Assembly (NCBI GenBank): GCA_026985995.1
Contig: JALSPJ010000102.1
Span: forward strand, 1-42,792
DNA from: Anaerolineales bacterium
GTDB lineage: Bacteria; Chloroflexota; Anaerolineae; Anaerolineales; DRMV01
DNA: 42,792 nt
Direction of reading: 5' to 3'
The translations under genes were made by a program, and so were the position numbers. The notes beneath the pieces were generated by a model. That model saw only the letters and a program-made list of their open reading frames with translations. It was not told where the DNA came from and ran no database searches. Below are positions 17,814 through 25,990 of the stretch, piece by piece (the stretch's first letter is position 1; each line of letters begins with the position of its first letter).

Positions 17814-18865
17814 GCGCTTTGCGCGAACGCCGGGTGTTGCTCTTTGCCGGGCCGCGGCGCCTGGCCTGGCGCACCGAGCCGTGCCCCTCACCGGGGCCGG
17901 GCCAGGTGCAGGTGCAGGTGCACTGGAGCGCGCCCAGCCCGGGCACCGAAATGCTGCTCTACCGCGGCCAATGGCCGCCCGAAGTTCCCCTGGACGACGC
18001 GCTGCCCGCGCTGCAGGGGCGCTTCGCCTACCCCGTAGCCTATGGCTACAGCACCGTGGGCCGGGTGGTGGCCGTGGGGCCCGAGGTGGCCGAAGAGTGG
18101 GTCGGCCGTTGGGTGTTCGCGTTCCAGCCCCATGCCAGTTGTTACACCGCGGCCGTGGACCAGGTGCGCCCCCTGCTCCCGGGCCTGACGCCCGAAGACG
18201 CCCTCTTTCTGCCCAACTTGGAAACCGCGGTCACTTTTGCCTTGGACGCTGCGCCCCGCATTGGCGAGCATGTCATCGTGCTGGGTCAGGGCGTGGTGGG
18301 TTTGCTGACCACGGGTGTGCTGGCGGCCATGCCGTTGGGTTCCCTCACGGTGGTGGACCGCTACGCCCAGCGCCGCGCGCTGGCCCTGGCCTGGGGCGCG
18401 CAGCAGGCCGTGCCGCCGCCGGTTTCCGCCGAGGAACTCGAGGCTTTGCGGGCGCACAAAGCGCCGCATCCCCGTTACCCCGGCGCGGATGTGGTGTTGG
18501 AAGTCTCGGGCGCGCCCCAGGCCCTGCAAACGGCCATCGAGGTAGCCGGCTTTGGCGCGCGCATCGTGGTGGGCTCGTGGTACGGTGCCAAGCCGGTGAC
18601 CTTAGACCTGGGCGGGCGGTTCCACCGGGCCCGGCTGCAGCTGGTGAGCAGCCAGGTGACCACTTTGGCCCCGGGTTTGGGGGGCTTGTGGAACCCGCAG
18701 CGGCGCTGGGCCGTGGCCGAGCGGGAAGCCCAACGCCTGCGCCCGGCCCGGCATCTGGTGACCCACCGCCTGCCCGCGGCCCAGGCCGAGGAGGCCTATC
18801 GCCTGCTGGACCAGCACCCCGAGCGCACGGTGCAGGTGCTGCTGCGCTGGCGTTCCGCCCCATAG
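17810..18865 (+). CDS. MDR-superfamily oxidoreductase, BchC-like subgroup that appears zinc-independent
   Basis: SPGTEMLLYRG...YPVAYGYSTVGRV resembles the BchC-type pattern and lacks the catalytic Cys/His. Rossmann motif VLGQGVVGLL. ATGA overlap with the upstream gene. Confidence 0.75.
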   Translation: MSALRERRVLLFAGPRRLAWRTEPCPSPGPGQVQVQVHWSAPSPGTEMLLYRGQWPPEVPLDDALPALQGRFAYPVAYGYSTVGRVVAVGPEVAEEWVGRWVFAFQPHASCYTAAVDQVRPLLPGLTPEDALFLPNLETAVTFALDAAPRIGEHVIVLGQGVVGLLTTGVLAAMPLGSLTVVDRYAQRRALALAWGAQQAVPPPVSAEELEALRAHKAPHPRYPGADVVLEVSGAPQALQTAIEVAGFGARIVVGSWYGAKPVTLDLGGRFHRARLQLVSSQVTTLAPGLGGLWNPQRRWAVAEREAQRLRPARHLVTHRLPAAQAEEAYRLLDQHPERTVQVLLRWRSAP

Positions 18866-18886
18866 CCCCGTCAGGAGGACATGACC

Positions 18887-19666
18887 ATGGCTTCGGCCCC
18901 CCGGTTTTTGCTTTTGCAGGCTCGCAACCCCAACGACCCGGTGCGCGAAGAAGAGCGGCAGGCTTTCGTGGTGGCTGCCGGCCTGCCCGACGACGCGGTG
19001 GTCACCCACGACCTGCTGCAGGGGCCGCCGCCCAGGGCCATGTGGCAAGCCTTCGACGGCCTGTTCGTGGGCGGCAGCGGCGAATACAACCTCTCCGACG
19101 GCAGTTGCCCGCACCTGGCGGCCACGCTGGATTTTCTGCTGGAAGTCGTGGCCGCGGGCAAGCCCATGTTCGCCTCGTGCTTTGGCTTTCAGATGCTGGC
19201 CGTGGCCTTGGGCGGCACGGTGGAGCGGGATGTGCACCGGGCCGAAATCGGCACCTTCCCCATCACCCTGACCCGGGAGGGCCGTGCGGATGACCTCTTC
19301 GGCCAGCTACCGCCCCGCTTTTGGGCCCAACTGGGGCACAAGGAACATGTGACCCGCTTTCCTTTCGCCAAGGCCGTGCTGCTGGCCCGCTCCGAGCGTT
19401 CGCCCTATCAGGCGCTGCGCATCCCGGGCGCGCCCATTTGGGCCACCCAGTTCCACCCCGAGCTGGACCAGCAGCGCAACTTAGACCGCCTGCTGCGCTA
19501 CCGGGATTTGTATGTGGCGCATTTGGGGGAAGCCGGCTTTCAGGCCCTGCTGGACCAATTTCGGCCCAGCCCCGCGGCCGACGAATTGTTGCCCCGCTTT
19601 CTGTATCTGGTATTTGGCTGGCTGGGCCCCCGCTGGAAGCACAATCACGGCTCAGGAGGGGCTTGA
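18887..19666 (+). CDS. Class I glutamine amidotransferase-like protein
   Basis: CFGFQMLAVALGG (nucleophile Cys) and ATQFHPE. AGGAGG spacing favours the second ATG at 18887 over 18881. Confidence 0.85.
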   Translation: MASAPRFLLLQARNPNDPVREEERQAFVVAAGLPDDAVVTHDLLQGPPPRAMWQAFDGLFVGGSGEYNLSDGSCPHLAATLDFLLEVVAAGKPMFASCFGFQMLAVALGGTVERDVHRAEIGTFPITLTREGRADDLFGQLPPRFWAQLGHKEHVTRFPFAKAVLLARSERSPYQALRIPGAPIWATQFHPELDQQRNLDRLLRYRDLYVAHLGEAGFQALLDQFRPSPAADELLPRFLYLVFGWLGPRWKHNHGSGGA

Positions 19667-21075
19667 GGCGTCGCGGATGCGGGTTCCAACCGCTGCAAAG
19701 AGCGCCGGGCCAGCACAGCCACGGGGTCGCCGGACGGCGCCCATTGCAGGGCCTGCCGCAGGTGGTCGCGGGCCTCGCCGGTGCGCCCCGCCTGCGCGGC
19801 CAGCCAGCCCAGGTAGAGGTGCGCCTCGGCCAGGGTGGGGTCCTGGGCCAGGGCGCGGTCGAGGAACCGGCGGGCCAGGGTCATGTCGCCTTGCTGCAAG
19901 TAAGCATACCCCATGAGGGCCAGCGCGGTGGGGTGCTGCGGGTGTTGGGCCAGCACCGCGCGCAGCGCGGGCAGCGCGACGGGTTCCGCCAGGCCCCACT
20001 GGAGGGCCAGGCGGGCCAGGGTGAGCCGCGCCCGGGGGTCCTGGGGGTGAATCCGCACCGGGTAACGCAACAGCGCCAGGGCCGGTTCCACCTGGCCGGG
20101 CAGGGCTTGCGTGAGCGCGGCGGCCAGGTTAGCGGCCAGCGCGGGGTTGTCGGGTTCCAGGGCCCAGGCCCGGCGGGCCCAGGCCAGCGCGGTGAAGGGC
20201 CGGTTTTGCCCCTGGGCCCAACGGGAAAGGAGCAGCATGGGCAGGGGGTCGTGGGGGGCCAGGCGTCGCGCCACCCACAGCGCGCCCGCGGCCCTTTGGG
20301 GCCACCCCAGGCGCAGGGCCCCTTCCCCAAAATAGGCCCACGCCGGGGGGTAGGCCGGGTTGTGGCGCACGGCCAGGGCCCAGGACCAGGTGGCCAGGTC
20401 CCAACGGCCTGCGGCGGCCAGGGCGCGGCCCACGAAAGTGCGGGCGTACGCCGGGTCGTCGGCCAGGGTGGCTTCGGCCAGGGCCTGGGCCACCCGCTGT
20501 GCGGCCCGGGCCCGGGGGGATGCGTCCTGGGCCAGTTCGGTGAGCAAGGCGCGCGCCTCGGGCGCGGGGAAGGCGGCCGCGGCCAGGTGCAGCGCGTATT
20601 CGTAGCGGTAGGCTGCCGGGGGCTGGGGCGCGGTTTGCACTGCCGCGCGCCAGGCCGCGGTGGCCCGGGGCCAGGCGTGGGCCTGGTCCGCGGCGCGGGC
20701 ATAGCGGGCCCACAGGGCCGCGGCCGTGGGGTCGGGTGTGGCGGCATAGCCCGGCAGGGTGAAGGCCAGGCCCGCGCGGTCCAGCGCGGGGCCGAAGAGG
20801 GCCTCCCACGCCGCGAGGGCCCGGTCCCATTGCCCGCTGCGGGCCAGGGCCAGCGCGTAGCGGTAGGTCGCGGCCGGGTCCGCGGCCGCGTCGGCGTCCT
20901 GGGCTGCCAGCCACGCGCCGGCCGCGGCGAAGCGCGCCTCGCGCCAGGCGCGCGCGGCGCGCTGCTGTGCAGCAGCGTAAGGCGCAGCCTGGGCCCAACG
21001 GTGGGCCGCATACAGCGCACCGGCCAGCAGCCCGAGCAACAGCCAGGGGGCGAGACGATGCCAGTTCCACGGCAT
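19645..21075 (-). CDS. Membrane-anchored TPR-repeat protein
   Basis: N-terminal hydrophobic anchor APWLLLGLLAGALYAA, followed by Ala/Leu/Trp-rich TPR-like repeats to the C-terminus. The 3' end overlaps the GATase gene by 22 nt. Confidence 0.75.
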   Translation of the reverse strand: MPWNWHRLAPWLLLGLLAGALYAAHRWAQAAPYAAAQQRAARAWREARFAAAGAWLAAQDADAAADPAATYRYALALARSGQWDRALAAWEALFGPALDRAGLAFTLPGYAATPDPTAAALWARYARAADQAHAWPRATAAWRAAVQTAPQPPAAYRYEYALHLAAAAFPAPEARALLTELAQDASPRARAAQRVAQALAEATLADDPAYARTFVGRALAAAGRWDLATWSWALAVRHNPAYPPAWAYFGEGALRLGWPQRAAGALWVARRLAPHDPLPMLLLSRWAQGQNRPFTALAWARRAWALEPDNPALAANLAAALTQALPGQVEPALALLRYPVRIHPQDPRARLTLARLALQWGLAEPVALPALRAVLAQHPQHPTALALMGYAYLQQGDMTLARRFLDRALAQDPTLAEAHLYLGWLAAQAGRTGEARDHLRQALQWAPSGDPVAVLARRSLQRLEPASATPQAPPEP

Positions 21076-21081
21076 GGCCGT

Positions 21082-21087
21082 ATTGTA
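21082..21087 (-). promoter_or_regulatory. TACAAT box 6 nt upstream of the TPR gene ATG (possible leaderless transcript)
   Basis: The minus strand reads GGGTACAATACGGCCATG with no SD. Confidence 0.3.
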
Positions 21088-21111
21088 CCCGGCAACGCCG
21101 CAGGGGTGCGG

Positions 21112-21117
21112 TATAAT
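21112..21117 (+). promoter_or_regulatory. Putative -10 TATAAT for the HxxEH-holA-PLD-LysM operon
   Basis: gcggTATAATgg lies 53 nt upstream of the ATG at 21171. No clear -35. Confidence 0.35.
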
Positions 21118-21170
21118 GGCTCTGGCCGATGGCCCCCAACATTCCCCGCCACCGGCAGGAGCACACCCTC

Positions 21171-21707
21171 ATGGCCTGGTTGGATACGATTTTGCGTTGG
21201 TTCCCCGCGCTGGCGCGCACCCGGCAGCATCATGCGCTGGAGCACGCCACCCTGCACCTGTTGGCCAAACGGTTCCCCCAGCAGGCGTTGGCCGGGCATT
21301 CGGACCCGGCCGGCTTTTGGATTTTGGGCGCAGTGCCCACCGAAGCCGTGGAGCAAGCCGTGGCCGAGGCCCTCACCCGCCTGCAGCAGGGGGAACACCA
21401 CCTGGCGCTGCACCCCGGTTGCGGCACCAACTACCTGGCCCTGGGCAGCCTGGCGGCCGCGGCCGGGCTGGTGGGCTTCGCCGGCACCCGGCGCTGGCGC
21501 GAGCGCTGGGAGCGGTTCCCCCTGGTGGTGTTTTTGAGCATGTTGGCGCTGATTTTCGGTCGGCCGTTGGGCTTTTGGCTGCAGCGGGAAGTGACCACGG
21601 ACCCGCGCGTGGACGATGTGGAAATCGTGGCCGTGGAAGCCGCGCGGCGGGGCCGTTTCCCCGCCCACCGGGTGACCACCCGTCGGGTTCCCCCCACCAC
21701 GCCATGA
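21171..21707 (+). CDS. Conserved-looking hypothetical membrane-associated protein with HHALEH and HPGCGTN motifs
   Basis: The ORF has AGGAG 9 nt upstream, His/Cys-rich motifs in the N-terminal half, and a hydrophobic segment FPLVVFLSMLALIFGRPLGFW. Its stop overlaps the holA start (ATGA). Confidence 0.65.
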   Translation: MAWLDTILRWFPALARTRQHHALEHATLHLLAKRFPQQALAGHSDPAGFWILGAVPTEAVEQAVAEALTRLQQGEHHLALHPGCGTNYLALGSLAAAAGLVGFAGTRRWRERWERFPLVVFLSMLALIFGRPLGFWLQREVTTDPRVDDVEIVAVEAARRGRFPAHRVTTRRVPPTTP

Positions 21708-22738
21708 GCGCCGCGCGACCGGTTCCCAAGGTTTACATTTTCTACGGCGACGACCACGCCCGCCGGGGGTTGTATCTGGCGCGGGTGCGGCAGCGCCTGG
21801 CCGAGCGCAGCGGGGCCGCCTGGGCCGAGCTGAATTACCAGCGCCTGAGCCCCGACACCCACAGCCTGGACGACCTGCGCACCGCGGTGCTGGCCGCGCC
21901 CCTTTTCGTGGCCCGCCGGCTGGTGCACGCGGTGGAACCCCTGGCCTGGGCCAGGGACGCGGCCAGCCGGAGCCGCTTCCTGCGCATTTTGGAGGAAGTA
22001 CCCGCCAGCACCGCACTGGTGCTGGACATTGGCCAGCGCCTGGACGAAGGACGCCGCAACCGGCCCGCGCACTGGCTGCTGGCCTGGGCCCGGCAGCAGG
22101 GACCCGAACGGGTGTATGTCAAGGCCCTGCCCGCGCCGCGCGATGTGCACGGCATGGTGCAGTGGTTGTTCCAGGCCGCCCGCGACGAGGGCGCGCGTTT
22201 CACCCCCCAGGCCGCGCAGGCCTTGGCCGCCATGGTGGGCACCGATACCCTGCGCGCGCTGCAAGAGGTGCGCAAGCTGGCCCTCTATGCCGGCGAACGC
22301 GCCATCACCCCCGAGGATGTGACCGCGCTGGTGCAGGGCGATTGGGCGCCCAATGTGTTCGAGTGGCTGGACCTGGTGGGCGCGGGGCAAACCCAGGCCG
22401 CATGGCGCTATTTGCAGCGGCTGCTGGAACACGACGACGCGGCCCGGGTGTGGAATTTGGTGCTGCGCCACTTTCGCCTGCTGCTGGCCGTGCGCGATGC
22501 CCAGGCTCGCGGCGCGGACCTGGCCGCGGTGCTGGCCACCTGGCGCGTGCCGCCTTTTGCCCATGGCCGCTACGCCCGGCAGGCGGCGCGCTTTTCCCTC
22601 GACGCGCTGCGGGCGCTGTATCGGCAGCTCTACGCGCTGGAAGCCCGCTTTCGGCGGCATGAAATCACCCTGGAAGAAGCCCTGGAAGCCCTGCTGGTGT
22701 ATCTCACCGCCCCTCAAACGAGGCCGAACCCGGCATGA
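21704..22738 (+). CDS. holA: DNA polymerase III delta subunit
   Basis: VYIFYGDD...L..LR....A.PLF..RRLV N-terminal pattern, with length and helical C-terminus typical of HolA. This is motif-level recognition only. Confidence 0.75.
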   Translation: MSAARPVPKVYIFYGDDHARRGLYLARVRQRLAERSGAAWAELNYQRLSPDTHSLDDLRTAVLAAPLFVARRLVHAVEPLAWARDAASRSRFLRILEEVPASTALVLDIGQRLDEGRRNRPAHWLLAWARQQGPERVYVKALPAPRDVHGMVQWLFQAARDEGARFTPQAAQALAAMVGTDTLRALQEVRKLALYAGERAITPEDVTALVQGDWAPNVFEWLDLVGAGQTQAAWRYLQRLLEHDDAARVWNLVLRHFRLLLAVRDAQARGADLAAVLATWRVPPFAHGRYARQAARFSLDALRALYRQLYALEARFRRHEITLEEALEALLVYLTAPQTRPNPA

Positions 22739-23862
22739 ACACCGCACCGCGAGGACGCACGACGCGCCTTTTGGCCGCGTTGGTGGCCCTGCTGCTGGCC
22801 GTGTGGTATGGCTGGCGGGGGCTCACCGAGCCCGCAGTCCCGGTCGCTACGCCCGCGCCGGCCACGGTCGCGGCGTCGTGGCTCACGCCCCTGCCCCGGG
22901 AGCCGGGCCAACCCGTGCTGGCCTTTCGCGGCCGCGGCTGGGAGATTTACTTCACCCGGCCCGACCTGCCCACGGCCCGGCTGCACCAGGGCGGCCCCGA
23001 CGCAGCCCTGGCCCGGGCTCTGAACAGCGCCCAACAGCGCATTTGGATGGCGGCTTATGACCTGAACCTGTGGTCCCTGCGCGATGCGCTGCTGGCAGCC
23101 CATCGCCGAGGCGTCCAGGTGCGCCTGGTGGTCGACGAGCAGCACATCACCCCCGAGGTGCAGGCCTTGCAGGCCGCGGGGGTGCCCGTGGTGGTCGACG
23201 ACGGCCCGGGGCTGATGCACCACAAGTTCGTGGTCATCGACGATGCCGAGGTGTGGACCGGCTCCATGAATTTCACCCTCAACGGCGCGTATCGCAATGC
23301 CAACAACCTGATTCGGGTGCGTTCCACCCGTTTGGCCGCAGATTACGCCCGGGAGTTCGCCGAAATGTTCGACGAGGGGCGTTTTGGCCCGCGCTCGCAG
23401 GCCGACACCCCCTACCCCCGGCTCACCGTCGACGGCGTGCCCTTAGAGGTGTACTTCGCACCCGACGACCACCCGCAAAAGCGCCTGGTGGCTTTGCTGC
23501 GCAGCACCCAAAGCCGCCTGTTCATCTGGGCTTATATCTGGACCGCGGACCCCCTGACCGACGAGGTGCTGGCGCTGGCCCGCCGCGGGGTGCAGGTGCG
23601 GGGCTGGTTCGAGGCCGAGCAGCTGGACGCGGCCGGGCACGATTACCCCCGCTTCAAAGCCGCGGGCCTGGCCGTGGAACCCGACCCCCTCCCCGGCCTG
23701 CTGCACCACAAGGTGCTGGTGCTCGACGGCCAGACCGTGGTGCTGGGTTCCTACAACTTCACCCGCTCGGCCGATGTGCGCAACGACGAGAATGTGCTGG
23801 TGGTGCACGATGCCGATTTGGCCGCCGCCTTCGTCTTTTGGTGGGACCAGGTCGCGCCTTAG
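22735..23862 (+). CDS. Membrane-anchored phospholipase D-family protein with two HKD motifs
   Basis: LMHHKFVVIDDAEVWTGSMNFT and LLHHKVLVLDGQTVVLGSYNFT. N-terminal anchor LLAALVALLLAVWYGW. ATGA overlap with holA. Confidence 0.85.
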   Translation: MNTAPRGRTTRLLAALVALLLAVWYGWRGLTEPAVPVATPAPATVAASWLTPLPREPGQPVLAFRGRGWEIYFTRPDLPTARLHQGGPDAALARALNSAQQRIWMAAYDLNLWSLRDALLAAHRRGVQVRLVVDEQHITPEVQALQAAGVPVVVDDGPGLMHHKFVVIDDAEVWTGSMNFTLNGAYRNANNLIRVRSTRLAADYAREFAEMFDEGRFGPRSQADTPYPRLTVDGVPLEVYFAPDDHPQKRLVALLRSTQSRLFIWAYIWTADPLTDEVLALARRGVQVRGWFEAEQLDAAGHDYPRFKAAGLAVEPDPLPGLLHHKVLVLDGQTVVLGSYNFTRSADVRNDENVLVVHDADLAAAFVFWWDQVAP

Positions 23863-24823
23863 GCGGCTGGGGCTGCTGGCTGCGCTGCTGCTGGTTCTGG
23901 GGGGAACCGGCTGCCGCGGCGGGCCGACCGCGGCCGCGACGGCCACCCCGTCGCCCACCCCCTGGCCCACGCCCCGGCCCTATCATTCGCCCACGCCCAC
24001 GCGCCCCATGCCCACGGTCACCTTTCCTGCGGCCAGCCCCCAGGCCCCAACGCCCACGCCCATCGTCCATATCGTGCAATCCGGCGACACCTTCTCGGGC
24101 ATCGCACTGCGTTATGGCGTGAGCGTCGAGGCTTTGCAAAAGGCCAACCCGCAGCTCAACCCGCAGGCCCTGCCCGTAGGCGCGCAGGTGCTGGTGCCCC
24201 AGGCGGGGCAGGCCTTGGGGCTGCTGGCCACGCCCACGCCCCACCCCGCCCGGCTGCGGGGGCCATGGTGCTTTGCCACCGCGGAGGGCAGCGTGTGCAC
24301 CTTAGCGGTAGTCAACCCATCTCAGGCCCCTTTGGTGGGCGTGCGGGTAGTGCTGGAAGTGCTGGACCCCACCTGGCCCCAAGGGGAAGTATGGCGCACG
24401 GTGACCCAGCCCTGGTTGATGTTCGTGCCCCCCGAGGACGAACTTCCCCTGGCGGTGGCGCTGCCTCGGGCCCTGAGCCCGCGCGCCGCGGTGCGGGCCG
24501 CGTTGGTGGCCGCGCTGCCGGCCGGCAGCACACCTTTGCCCGTGGTGCGCATCGACGAGGTGCGGTTGAGCGTGGTGCGTCAGGGCCCCTGGCTGCTGAC
24601 CCGGGCCCGGCTCTGGATGGAAAAGCAGCCGATGGTGGCGCAGCTGCAGCGCGTGGGCGTGCTGGTGGCCGCCTACGATGCGCAAAAACGGGTGGTGGCC
24701 CTGCGTTACACGGAGGGGAAGGCCGCCGCGTGGTTCGCCGCGGCCCAAGAGGTGCCCCTGTACCCCCTGGTGCCTGCCAACCAGGTGACCGACCTGCGGG
24801 CCTGGGCCGAAGGCTATCGCTGA
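23810..24823 (+). CDS. Secreted LysM-domain protein (start uncertain)
   Basis: Signal-like LGLLAALLLVLGGTGC, a PT-rich linker, and LysM (HIVQSGDTFSGIALRYGVSVEALQKANPQL). The C-terminal domain is uncharacterised. In-frame ATGs lie at 23774, 23792 and 23810. Confidence 0.7.
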   Translation: MPIWPPPSSFGGTRSRLRRLGLLAALLLVLGGTGCRGGPTAAATATPSPTPWPTPRPYHSPTPTRPMPTVTFPAASPQAPTPTPIVHIVQSGDTFSGIALRYGVSVEALQKANPQLNPQALPVGAQVLVPQAGQALGLLATPTPHPARLRGPWCFATAEGSVCTLAVVNPSQAPLVGVRVVLEVLDPTWPQGEVWRTVTQPWLMFVPPEDELPLAVALPRALSPRAAVRAALVAALPAGSTPLPVVRIDEVRLSVVRQGPWLLTRARLWMEKQPMVAQLQRVGVLVAAYDAQKRVVALRYTEGKAAAWFAAAQEVPLYPLVPANQVTDLRAWAEGYR

Positions 24824-25341
24824 AGGAGCCGACGCAGGCCCAACACTGCCAGCGCGGGGAAAGTCACGCCCAACAGCAAGGCCCATTTGAGCCCCGCGGC
24901 CAGCGCGGCCAGCGCCACGGCCCACCCCGGCGGCTGGGCCAAAGGCAGCAGCCAGGCGTGCAGGCCGTTTTCGAGGCCATCGCCCAGGGCGGCCAGCCAC
25001 GGCAACGCGATGAGGAACCGGCGCCCGCGCGGCCCGCACCCCTTGGGCCGGCGGCACAGCAAGGCTGCCGCGCAGCTCAAGGTCGCGGCGTAGGCCGCGG
25101 CGTAGAGGGTGTCGAGGCCCAAACTGCGGCGATAACGCGCCACGCCGTCCGCGCCCCACAGGGCTTTGGCCTGGGCCAGGGCTTCGGGCGTGGGGGCCAA
25201 TTGCAGGCGAAACACGCCAGACCAGCCGGGGGCCTGGGGGCCCAAGATGCCCTGCATGGCCCAAAAGAGCGCGGCCGTCATCAGCAGCAAAGCCAGCTCG
25301 CGGGGCCAGGAGCAATGGAAACCAAAAGGCCAAAGCTTCAT
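24814..25341 (-). CDS. Hypothetical integral membrane protein
   Basis: Start MKLWPFGF follows GAGAGGAAA. Several hydrophobic helices and no recognisable motif. The upstream part of the track ORF translates repeats (TTNYQLPTT) and is rejected. Confidence 0.6.
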   Translation of the reverse strand: MKLWPFGFHCSWPRELALLLMTAALFWAMQGILGPQAPGWSGVFRLQLAPTPEALAQAKALWGADGVARYRRSLGLDTLYAAAYAATLSCAAALLCRRPKGCGPRGRRFLIALPWLAALGDGLENGLHAWLLPLAQPPGWAVALAALAAGLKWALLLGVTFPALAVLGLRRLLQR

Positions 25342-25360
25342 CGATTTCCTCTCACATGGC

Positions 25361-25383
25361 GGGGCGGGGAAGGCGGGGGCGGG
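25361..25383 (+). other. Canonical G-quadruplex-type motif (four G runs of 3-5 with 1-5 nt loops)
   Basis: GGGGcGGGGaaggcGGGGGcGGG lies on the template strand of the leader of the 24814-25341 gene. Confidence 0.5.
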
Positions 25384-25395
25384 AAGGTAGAGGCT

Positions 25396-25460
25396 GGTAG
25401 TTGGTAGTTGGTAGTTGGTAGTTGGTGGTTGGTGGTTGGTGGGTTGTGGTTGGTGGGTGG
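25396..25460 (+). repeat. Heptad tandem repeat GGTAGTT x4 degrading to GGTGGTT/GGTGGGT
   Basis: Directly visible: ggtagttggtagttggtagttggtagttggtggttggtggttggtgggttgtggttggtgggtgg. Confidence 0.9.
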
Positions 25461-25584
25461 CGGGGTCGCGCTTTTTGAACCGGCGCGCGTGCCGCTTTGG
25501 TTCCCAGAGCCCTGGGGCCAGGGCTCGCGTGCATCGGGGTGCGGCGCATGAAAGCGCCGTCGGCTCGCCGCATTCCAAAAGGCG

Positions 25585-25975
25585 CCCTGCTCCCCGCTGA
25601 CCGCTGACTGCTGCTTTTCATCCGCGGCTTCATCCCCCTGGCGCACCGCCGTGCGTTTGGGTGCCTTGCCGTGCGCCCCACCGTTTCCCGCTTTTTTTCT
25701 GTGTTCATCCGCGTTTTTCTGTGTTTTTTCATCGTATCCGCGTATATCCGCGTTTATCCGCGGCTTCATCCTCCGCGGTTTCATCCTCGGGTCGCTCCCA
25801 CCGCGCTGGGCGCACCGCCGTGCGCCCCTACCGCGCTCCCTGCTCACCGCTGACTGCTGACCGCTGTTTTTCTTCCGTGTCCATACGAGCTCGTCCGTGG
25901 TTTTCTCATTATCCGCGTTTATCCGCGGTTTCATCTTCATCCTGCATCCGTGTGCATCGCCGCGGTTTCCTTTCC
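25585..25975. repeat. Complex block of modular non-coding repeats
   Basis: Modules are ATCCGCG-type cores, CCGCTGACY 9-mers and the GGCGCAC-cgcc-GTGCGCC hairpin. At least 7 ATCCGCG cores are visible. atccgcggYttcatcc occurs at 25620, 25756, 25772 (without the leading a) and 25921. ggcgcaccgccgtgcg occurs at 25641 and 25809. ccgctgac repeats occur at 25594 and 25846. No credible ORF. Confidence 0.8.
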
Positions 25976-25990
25976 ACCAGGGAAGGGGGG

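Noticed and set aside
22735-23862. Double-HKD PLD protein as a defence nuclease
   Set aside because: No associated helicase, ATPase or methylase is present. The protein has a signal anchor suggesting an extracytoplasmic location and is translationally coupled to holA. Its function stays open, and a defence role is not supported.
25338-25732. Small and large minus-strand ORFs translating to MKPRINAD.../QQSAVS.../PTTNYQLPTT
   Set aside because: These peptides are direct translations of the DNA repeats. They have no SD and a low-complexity composition. The real gene start at 25341 has a good SD and a hydrophobic N-terminus.
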